Part shown: piece after piece, positions 39,833 to 47,749 of the stretch | How positions within the stretch are numbered: position 1 is the stretch's first letter | Layout: every line of letters begins with the position of its first letter | Assembly (NCBI GenBank): GCA_016930055.1 | Contig: JAFGHP010000020.1 | Coordinates: 1,786-65,785 of the forward strand | From: Candidatus Bathyarchaeota archaeon | GTDB lineage: Archaea; Thermoproteota; Bathyarchaeia; TCS64 | Length of the DNA: 64,000 nucleotides | Reading direction: 5' to 3' | Translations under genes and position numbers: made by a program | Notes under the pieces: model-generated | Told to the model about the DNA's origin: nothing | What the model saw: the letters and a program-made list of their open reading frames with translations, nothing else | The model's database searches: none

Positions 39833-40813
39833 TTAAATCGATTTAAATGAATTAAAAATTTTTGTTATCCTTAATGTTACCCAACTTTTTTCCAATATTT
39901 CTGATTTTTTGCTTATTTTATTATTTGGAAAATAACTTGTATGCCATGAGCCATCTTCTTCTTGATGTTCTTTAAACCATTGAAGCGCTTTCTGAACATC
40001 AGGATCATCTGCCTGAAATCCGAACTGAATTAATGACTCTAAGCTTGTAATTAAGTTTGGCCACCAGTGTATGAACCTAACCCAATAATTTTTATTTTTA
40101 TAGCTATTATAAGCATCTTCTTTAAAGAAACGTGATTTCAGTAGATTTGCTGCGTGTAGTGCTGAGGGGTTTTTTCTCCATTTAGGATGAGCTGCGAAAG
40201 CTCTTAAAACCATATCTGTACAGTTATGACTAAAAGGTCTGGTTTTATCAGGTTCAATAGGGTCTGCTGGTGAACTTGTTAATGAAATTAATCTTTTTAT
40301 TCCCCCACCTGGAGGACGAGTTAATATTGGCACAATCCATCCACCATCGTTTTGACGAATCGACAAAAGCCATCTGAATGCTAGCTCTATTCTTATGTCA
40401 TCTATGTATCCTGCTTTTATGAGTAAAGCTGTTACTTCACCTGTATAATAAGTTGCATATTGATCACCAATGAACCCCCTGAAATCACCTTCAAGAGTCT
40501 GGGTATTAAAAATAAATTCTGAACATGAAGCAATTTGATGATGATTATTATTTAATTCATATCTTTCGATTAACAATCTAAACCGTTTAAATGTTTCAAT
40601 TAATTTATTATGATATAGAGGGTATCCGCCTTCCTTCCCCCATGATCCATCTCTATTTTGATTCTTAAGCAGTTTTTTTACTTCAGGAAGAACCCATATT
40701 TTTTTGATATTATCAACAGATTCATTTAGTAAATCTCTTTTTGTAAAATAATTAATCGCTATTCCTGAGTTTAGTAAATAGGGTATAGGATTTTTATTTA
40801 ATTGAGGGATCAT
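39833..40813 (-). CDS. Prenyltransferase/squalene-oxidase repeat (QW-motif) protein
   Basis: QNRDGSW, RQNDGGW, HQEEDGSW repeats. Confidence 0.8.
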   Translation of the reverse strand: MIPQLNKNPIPYLLNSGIAINYFTKRDLLNESVDNIKKIWVLPEVKKLLKNQNRDGSWGKEGGYPLYHNKLIETFKRFRLLIERYELNNNHHQIASCSEFIFNTQTLEGDFRGFIGDQYATYYTGEVTALLIKAGYIDDIRIELAFRWLLSIRQNDGGWIVPILTRPPGGGIKRLISLTSSPADPIEPDKTRPFSHNCTDMVLRAFAAHPKWRKNPSALHAANLLKSRFFKEDAYNSYKNKNYWVRFIHWWPNLITSLESLIQFGFQADDPDVQKALQWFKEHQEEDGSWHTSYFPNNKISKKSEILEKSWVTLRITKIFNSFKSI

Positions 40814-40866
40814 TAATATTGTCTATTTTTATTAAAATATTTAAAATTGATTGATTTAATAAATAA

Positions 40867-43404
40867 TTATTTGTACAACGCATTAAAGAAGAATTTGAAG
40901 GTTGCTTCAGTCATAGCTCTTGATATTGGAGAGAATCCATATAGAATAGCTTTTCCTTTACCATACTTTGCTTCAATGATTGCTGCTTTATTGCTAAGGT
41001 ATTTTTCCCCTATAAGCCAACCTGTTTTAAGTATTTGTTCTTCTGGATAACTAGCAACAATTGAATAGTCGTCATTTTTAGGTGTATTTAGTATTTCGAA
41101 AGCTACATCATTTCTTTTAAATAGAATGTTTGTGTTCTTGGATACCCCATAAGTTAATGGATGTGTTGTATCAATATCGATTTTTAGTGTTGATCCTGGA
41201 CAAAAGAACTCCTTAGCATTGATATCTTTAATTACATTTCTAATTGGTAACTTCAGTTCTTCTAATGCAAATATACATGCTTCTGAAAGAGTAATAAGTG
41301 TCCCTCCAGCTTCAACAAACTCTCTAATTTTTTCAGTTCCTTCTTTTCCGATTCCGCTTCTAAATTCTGGAGGGTATTTCGGTTGAACATATTTTGGATT
41401 AGTTTTCCTATAATGTTCTTCAATACCTTCACCTGTAATCATGCATTTAATATCACCTGGAAATATGATGACATCAAATTTTTCAATTAATTTACCTTCT
41501 TTAACTTCTAAATCTAAAAGAGTTTTATATTCAAAATTATATTCTCCGTCGAATAACCATCGAAGCCAGCCCTCTTCCATGTTACCTCCAGAATAACGTT
41601 GGTAAAGACCTATCTTAAGAGATTTAAGTTGCTTTTTTTCAAAATTAATTACTTTAGGTGATATAAAAGAAATATGGTGTTGTTGGGAGAGTGCTTTTAT
41701 TTCTTCTTCTATTCCTTCCTGATGGGGTATATAAAAAGAACCTATAGTCATTTTTTCTACGGATTCAAGTATTCTATATACTAACTTACCTTTCTTCAAT
41801 AACTTGTTAATAACTGAATAACTTTGATTTAATTTTACGTTAAGAAGATAACCATTATTATTCGAAACTATTTTTGGTTCTGGATATTGAATGTCTTTAG
41901 ATTCTACAAATTCTCCCTCAATCGGTTCAGTAACTTCAATTATTTTTACACCCCAGAAATCTCCAAAATAATTTGATGCAAGATCATACGGTGCTAAAGG
42001 TGTTCCATCATTTCTTCTTGACCATGGACCATCATGATAATATGATTGTTTAAGTAATCTCAAAATGTATGGTCGCGATATTTGAGATGTAAAAATGATA
42101 TATGTTCCTTTAGGATATGTTACTCCTTCATATTTAAAATTTTTATTTGCTTGATGTATGTTTACATCAGCTAAATTAAGAACTTTTAGAAGCTTTATTG
42201 TAGTTAATTCGTCATGTTGGTCTGGTGATATTATAAATGCATAAGGTGGCTGATTTTCTCCAGCAACTATTTGTCTCTCTGCTTTAAGTACCATGTTCCT
42301 TAAAATCCTTTCACGGAAATTTGATGCAGCATTTAGAGTAGCAAATGCAGCGATTTTTTGTTGCTCTACAATATCTCTAAGCTTCCACCACCCTCCTTCC
42401 CAAGGATGAGGAAAATTCATCTGTATTCTATTCTCAGGTCTTCCTCTCCTTGAAGCTTCTAATTGTTGTTTATGAATGAAAATGGGTGATGCTAAGTTTG
42501 CACTTGCAGATTCTGTTAACATTCCACATATCCCATGCATACAAGGTGATTCATCCCAGTATGGTCCACCATCTGCTGGATAACTTGCTTGTGTTTCTAT
42601 CCCTTTTTTACCTGCAGCTTCAAGTTCTAAAATCATTGATGCCCCATATAATTGCTGCTCAGTCCAAACCAGTGGATCAATATATTCATAAAGAGGATCC
42701 ATATGAGGCGGAATATAGAAACGTGCAGAATAGCTTCCCATATGATGAAAATCAACTTGTGCTTGAGGATACCAATCTTTAAATAAAATCTTTGTAAGCA
42801 TTTTAGACTCCGCTTGAGTTATGTGGAAAGCATCTCGATTATTATCATGACCAACATATTTATTGTAAAGAAAGGGCAAAGGACCTCCTTCATATTCAGT
42901 ATCTAACCATTTGTTATACCAGTCAACAACCATGATATTGCCATCAGGATTTGAGCTTGGAACAAGAACTAAGACAGCGTTATCTCTTATTTTTTGTGTT
43001 ACTTGATCATTTATGGTAGCTAATTCATATGCTAATTCTGAACACATTTGTGTACCGCCAATCTCCGAAGCATGTACACTCATCGTCATAGAAACAATTG
43101 TTTTACCATCAACAATCATTTTTTCTATTTCATCCTTACTTAATCCCTTAGGATGAGACAGTTTTAAGCTAATTTCTCTAATTTTATCTAAATTTTGAAT
43201 ATTTTGAGGAGATGAAATATACGCAACAATAAATGGATTACCCATCGTAGTTTTTCCAATCTCCTCAACTTTGATGCAAGGAGAGTTCGAAAGAATTTCA
43301 AAATATTCTATAATTTTATCCCAACGAACCAATTTTTTGTCAGAACCAATTTTAAAACCATAGAACTCTTCAGGGGAAAGTATCTGTGTTTCCATAAAAA
43401 ACAT
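40867..43404 (-). CDS. M14 zinc carboxypeptidase with C-terminal GATase-like domain
   Basis: HASE, NPDG, DNNRD, DFHHM; EGWLRWLFD and DVIIFPG tail; no signal peptide. Confidence 0.88.
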   Translation of the reverse strand: MFFMETQILSPEEFYGFKIGSDKKLVRWDKIIEYFEILSNSPCIKVEEIGKTTMGNPFIVAYISSPQNIQNLDKIREISLKLSHPKGLSKDEIEKMIVDGKTIVSMTMSVHASEIGGTQMCSELAYELATINDQVTQKIRDNAVLVLVPSSNPDGNIMVVDWYNKWLDTEYEGGPLPFLYNKYVGHDNNRDAFHITQAESKMLTKILFKDWYPQAQVDFHHMGSYSARFYIPPHMDPLYEYIDPLVWTEQQLYGASMILELEAAGKKGIETQASYPADGGPYWDESPCMHGICGMLTESASANLASPIFIHKQQLEASRRGRPENRIQMNFPHPWEGGWWKLRDIVEQQKIAAFATLNAASNFRERILRNMVLKAERQIVAGENQPPYAFIISPDQHDELTTIKLLKVLNLADVNIHQANKNFKYEGVTYPKGTYIIFTSQISRPYILRLLKQSYYHDGPWSRRNDGTPLAPYDLASNYFGDFWGVKIIEVTEPIEGEFVESKDIQYPEPKIVSNNNGYLLNVKLNQSYSVINKLLKKGKLVYRILESVEKMTIGSFYIPHQEGIEEEIKALSQQHHISFISPKVINFEKKQLKSLKIGLYQRYSGGNMEEGWLRWLFDGEYNFEYKTLLDLEVKEGKLIEKFDVIIFPGDIKCMITGEGIEEHYRKTNPKYVQPKYPPEFRSGIGKEGTEKIREFVEAGGTLITLSEACIFALEELKLPIRNVIKDINAKEFFCPGSTLKIDIDTTHPLTYGVSKNTNILFKRNDVAFEILNTPKNDDYSIVASYPEEQILKTGWLIGEKYLSNKAAIIEAKYGKGKAILYGFSPISRAMTEATFKFFFNALYK

Positions 43405-43505
43405 TCATTTATCTTGTTTACTTAAAATTTGTGTATAAAAAAATAAAATTTTTAAAGTAATCGTATTTCTTAAAAAGTTGTTGATAAATAGAATTATTGA
43501 TTTAA

Positions 43506-44504
43506 TTGAGGAAGCACGGGGTTTATAACTCGATTTGTGATGTTAAAGGAATTCTTGTTGGTCATTTTACTGATGATGCAATTCTTTCAGGAGTAACTGT
43601 AATTATTGCAGAACATAATGCAATTGGTGGAGTTGATGTAAGGGGTAGTGCCCCTGGAACATGGGAGACAGATTTGCTTAATTCAATAAATCTTATTGAT
43701 CAAATTAACGCTGTTACTCTAACAGGTAATAGTGTTTATGGGTTGGATTCAGGTGTAGGAGTTAGAAAATGGTTGACAGAAAAAGGATACGGGTATCCTA
43801 TTGGTACTTTGAAAGTCCCAATAGCTCCAGGAGCTGTAATTTTTGATTTAAACCGAGGCAAAACTAAGGAACACCTAAACATAGAGTCAGGGTATAAAGC
43901 ATGTCAAAACGCAATTTCTGGTAAAATAACTGAAGGGAATATCGGTGCAGGAACAGGAGCTGTTTCAGGTGGTTTAAAAGGAGGCGTAGGTACAGCGAGT
44001 GAAGTATTAGAAAACGGAATCACTGTTGGAGCTATCGCTGTAATAAACTCTGCTGGAAAAATATTTTATCCAGAGACAGGAGCAATTTATGCTCGACATC
44101 TTGAACTTGGTAATGAATTCGGTAAATTGAAGTCAAATATTATTCTTGGTACCCCGACTTATTCAATTCCTACTAGCATTGGTGCAAATACTACAATAGG
44201 TGTTATCGCGACGGATGCAAAATTAACCAAGACTCAATCCAATAAAATAGCTCAAATGGCTCATGATGGAATAGCCAGAGCAATTTATCCATGTCATACA
44301 ATGGGTGATGGAGACACTATTTTTGTTATGGCTACAGGAGAAAAGAATCTTTCTAATGACAAAATATTAAGAGAAATAACTTTGTTAGGTTCAGTTGCTG
44401 CAGATGTATTTGCTAGAGCTATAGTTAAAGGTGTTTTAGCTGCAGACTCGGTTGGTAAATATAAAAGCTATAAAGACTCATACCCTGATTCTTTTGAAAA
44501 TTAA
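43506..44504 (+). CDS. P1/DmpA-family aminopeptidase (L-aminopeptidase/D-esterase)
   Basis: DVRGSAPGT, GNIGAGTGA, NTTIGVIATDA, AHDGIARAI, DGDTIF. Confidence 0.9.
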   Translation: MRKHGVYNSICDVKGILVGHFTDDAILSGVTVIIAEHNAIGGVDVRGSAPGTWETDLLNSINLIDQINAVTLTGNSVYGLDSGVGVRKWLTEKGYGYPIGTLKVPIAPGAVIFDLNRGKTKEHLNIESGYKACQNAISGKITEGNIGAGTGAVSGGLKGGVGTASEVLENGITVGAIAVINSAGKIFYPETGAIYARHLELGNEFGKLKSNIILGTPTYSIPTSIGANTTIGVIATDAKLTKTQSNKIAQMAHDGIARAIYPCHTMGDGDTIFVMATGEKNLSNDKILREITLLGSVAADVFARAIVKGVLAADSVGKYKSYKDSYPDSFEN

Positions 44505-44541
44505 ATGTTTTGTTTAGAGGTTATTGTTTTAAAAAATTGTT

Positions 44542-45126
44542 TTATTTCTTTTTCAGTGAAAACTCCAATTTCCTTTTTTGTTTCAAATTCTTTAATTTTT
44601 TTTCAATTGGTATTTTAGTATTAAAAGATATCTCTTCAACTGTTTTGTAATGTATTTTACGAAGTCTCTTTAAAGCTACTCCATAATAAGCTAAACCACC
44701 TTTAGTGGCTAATAAATATTTAAATCCTTTCCAAGAAGGGCATCGTCTAATTTTAATACTTATTTCGCCGTTATCATTTTTAAATAATTTAAATCTTCCT
44801 TCTAATGCTGTTTTATTAGGCTCTAACACCAATTGTTGAAGAATATATTTTGAAGCAATACATAATCTTTTAGCTATTATCCAAAATTCTAAACTATGCC
44901 CTCCTGGTACTATGCTGTGTATTAATTCATGTTTAATAAGTTCTTCAACTTTTTTTTGAGGGGTTTTTGCTTAAGAATAAGGTTCACTAATGTATATTGC
45001 TTCTCCAGTATTCTCGCCTTCATAATCGTTACTCTGTATAATAATTATTTCAAGAGGATTTATTTTTCTAAAAGTTATATATTTTTTAATAATATCTTTT
45101 TCAATATTAAATAAAGCTTTAAGCAT
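44542..45126 (-). pseudogene. SprT/YgjP-like HEXXH metalloprotease gene interrupted by one in-frame TAA (44971-44973)
   Basis: ATG at 45126 is in frame with the 96-aa ORF; after the TAA the frame reads KHELIHSIVPGGHSLEFW. Confidence 0.7.
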
Positions 45127-45138
45127 TTAATATTATAG

Positions 45139-45753
45139 TTATGGCATTGCTTCTTCTCTAATCTGAACTGTTGATCCGCAGTTTTTACATTTAATTATTA
45201 TACCTCTAAGAAACTGTTTTTTCTCTTCTATACAATCATTACATATTTGACCACATTTTGGACAATGATAGGATACCTTTCCCCATTTTGGGGGCATACC
45301 TCCTTTTGCTTCTATAAGACATCTATAATCTGTAAAGAAAGTGTCATAGCAATCTCCACATGCTTTAGATATTGGCAAAGTCTCATCTTTTTCTCCTTTT
45401 GCTTCTCTTTCTAAGCAACTTCTACAGGTAATAAACGCATATTTTCCACATAAGGTACAAGCTTCATTTGCTGCCAAAAGACAACTTTTACAAACATATC
45501 CTCCAGGGTTTAGTAATGATACGCAGTCTTCGCAAAGATCATATTTTCCACAGCGCATACATTTTATTCCAGTACCGGGTTGTATTGGTTTCCCACAAAT
45601 TGGGCAATTATGTGTTACTACATCCTGTTTTTGAATGTCTGGTCTAATGAAATGGAAAGAAGTCCCACAGCTTCTACAATAATATTGATCTTGGGAGGTT
45701 GTTGTTACTTCGTTAGATCCACAATTTGGGCATCTTATCATTACTACAGTCAT
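45139..45753 (-). CDS. Multi-zinc-finger protein (12 CxxC pairs)
   Basis: CPNC, CRSC, CPIC, CMRC, CEDC, CKSC, CTLC, CRSC, CGDC, CPKC, CNDC, CKNC. Confidence 0.8.
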   Translation of the reverse strand: MTVVMIRCPNCGSNEVTTTSQDQYYCRSCGTSFHFIRPDIQKQDVVTHNCPICGKPIQPGTGIKCMRCGKYDLCEDCVSLLNPGGYVCKSCLLAANEACTLCGKYAFITCRSCLEREAKGEKDETLPISKACGDCYDTFFTDYRCLIEAKGGMPPKWGKVSYHCPKCGQICNDCIEEKKQFLRGIIIKCKNCGSTVQIREEAMP

Positions 45754-45756
45754 TTT

Positions 45757-46830
45757 TTATTCCTCTTTTTTTGCTTCCCATTTTTCTTTTAGTTTTTTAT
45801 AGGTTTCTTCACTAATTTCACCTTTAGCGAGTCTTATATCAAGACCATCAAGAACCTCTTGTATGTTTTCTTTATTTTTTGTATTTTCCTTTTCTTCTTT
45901 TGGTTTTGATATATTTGTATTTGCATCTGAATATTTTGGGAACATTTGTTGTAAAGAATTCTTAATATCTTTGGGTATGCTATTATCTTTCATTAATACG
46001 CCAAAAAATACAAGGGGCATAAGTAAATCGCCTCCAATTAATGAGCCTTCTCCACTTGGTTTTTCTGCATATTTCATGAGTGCTTCAGCTGCTTTATATT
46101 GAACAGGATCTACGCCAGCTTCCCGCATTTTTCCTAGAATTTGCGCTGTAGCGGTTCCAGTCTGAATTAATGCTTGAGCTTCTTTAGAGGCTATTAGGGG
46201 TTTTCTTAATGCACTTATTACATCATCTGGTAAAAGAAAATTTGGGATTTCAACGCTTCTAAACTCAAGACCGATATCACCGAACATTTCATCAAGTTTA
46301 ACACGTGCAACACTAACGAACATGTCTCTTTCAAGGTATAATGATTGAACATCGTAATGTCCCATTTCTGCTCTCATTATACTGTTTAGTTGATCTCTTA
46401 AGAAAACTTCAAGATCATTTGAAAAATACAGTTCTTTAGCGGTTACTAAATTTATAATAAATTTTTCTGCGTTCGAAACACGTAAATATACTACACCATT
46501 AGCTCCTAATTCTACTCCATCTGATGTTAAAGTTCTTAGACCAAATCTTATTCTTTGTATTCCAGTATCTACCCAAATAAAATCCATTTTTCCTACTACA
46601 GGCATTCTTGAAAGAAGCCACCTACCTGGAGGAACCACTGCATAAAGTTTTCCGTCTCTTAAAAAAATTCCTGACTCATACTCCTTAACTAAAACAACTT
46701 TAAGGAACCTCATTTGATTACTTGGTAAATGATATATTAATCCTGGATTAAGCATATGATTCCATTCAGTATGACTTCCGCCCTTCTCATTTGCTGGAAT
46801 TATCCCTAATGCTGATAGAATGCTTGACAT
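45757..46830 (-). CDS. SPFH/band-7 domain protein with C-terminal SHOCT-like domain
   Basis: VKEYESGIFLRDGK..VVPPGR, LTSDGVEL, RSVEIPNFLLPD; RLAKGEISEETYKKLK. Confidence 0.82.
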   Translation of the reverse strand: MSSILSALGIIPANEKGGSHTEWNHMLNPGLIYHLPSNQMRFLKVVLVKEYESGIFLRDGKLYAVVPPGRWLLSRMPVVGKMDFIWVDTGIQRIRFGLRTLTSDGVELGANGVVYLRVSNAEKFIINLVTAKELYFSNDLEVFLRDQLNSIMRAEMGHYDVQSLYLERDMFVSVARVKLDEMFGDIGLEFRSVEIPNFLLPDDVISALRKPLIASKEAQALIQTGTATAQILGKMREAGVDPVQYKAAEALMKYAEKPSGEGSLIGGDLLMPLVFFGVLMKDNSIPKDIKNSLQQMFPKYSDANTNISKPKEEKENTKNKENIQEVLDGLDIRLAKGEISEETYKKLKEKWEAKKEE

Positions 46831-46831
46831 T

Positions 46832-47347
46832 TTAAACCTCCGAGAAACCTGTTCTTGAAAGTCGTTCTCTTTCCAATAAAAGTTGGTCTAATGGTTGAAG
46901 GCTACGTTTAATTTCGATATTATTAAAATTTTCTTCACCTAGAAGATTTTCAGTATAGGTTTTTAATGAAGAATATAATTTTTCTGAATGTTGAACAATA
47001 GAGTCATCTATGTCAATAATTTTTTCAAGAACCTTTTTATCAATTTTAATAGGACTCATCATCGGAAAATAGCTGTATGCTTGTGTTTTTATTCGATCTT
47101 TAACTAAATGTATATCTTTTCTAGAATCTTCTAAACTCCTAATTAATTCTCTATTCCTTTTATCAACTGCTCGTTTTAAAAGATTGTTTAATGAAGACTC
47201 ACACTCTGTCAAATATTTGACAGCTTCGTCTCGGACACTTCTATCCCATTCTCTTAACTCTTCTTCTATTTTATAATGACCATAACCTGGTATGAATTCT
47301 AAAATCCTTTTCCGTAGAGTCATTCTTTTTGCTTTTTCTACAACCAA
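46832..47347 (-). CDS. Conserved helical hypothetical protein
   Basis: FIPGYGHYK.EEELREWDRSVR; 1-nt gap to the SPFH gene. Confidence 0.7.
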   Translation of the reverse strand: MVVEKAKRMTLRKRILEFIPGYGHYKIEEELREWDRSVRDEAVKYLTECESSLNNLLKRAVDKRNRELIRSLEDSRKDIHLVKDRIKTQAYSYFPMMSPIKIDKKVLEKIIDIDDSIVQHSEKLYSSLKTYTENLLGEENFNNIEIKRSLQPLDQLLLERERLSRTGFSEV

Positions 47348-47437
47348 TTAAATCCAATCCTTATAATATAAAATTAATATAATATGAATTAACTTAATTA
47401 GATTTTATGTGAATTATAAAAATATTTTAAAATTTTT

Positions 47438-47749
47438 TTATCTTCTAACAATTATGAAAATAATTATTAAAGCAATGACTGCAATTATTTGAAAAATTTT
47501 TATTAAGGTACCATTCCTTTCCCAAATTAATAATTTGCCATTTAATACTTCTAATGGGTTTTTCGAAATTAGTAAACGGTATAAATATTTAGCTTCTTCA
47601 ATTGTGTATAGTCTTCCATCAATTTCTAAATTACCTTTCTTAGTGATTCTGAATTTATGGCCTTTTATCCATACTTGGTCAATAAACCTAGTTTTTAGCC
47701 ATAATTCAAAATCCTCTATCTCAGGTTTTTCTTGATACATTTCTATCAC
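47438..47749 (-). CDS. Small C-terminally anchored membrane protein
   Basis: GTG start overlapping the upstream stop; C-terminal TM helix. Confidence 0.6.
   Translation of the reverse strand: MIEMYQEKPEIEDFELWLKTRFIDQVWIKGHKFRITKKGNLEIDGRLYTIEEAKYLYRLLISKNPLEVLNGKLLIWERNGTLIKIFQIIAVIALIIIFIIVRR

Noticed and set aside
32717-44500. Possible integrated element at tRNA-Leu (accessory genes begin right after it)
   Set aside because: No integrase, no duplicated tRNA 3' end seen in the window, and no viral or plasmid genes
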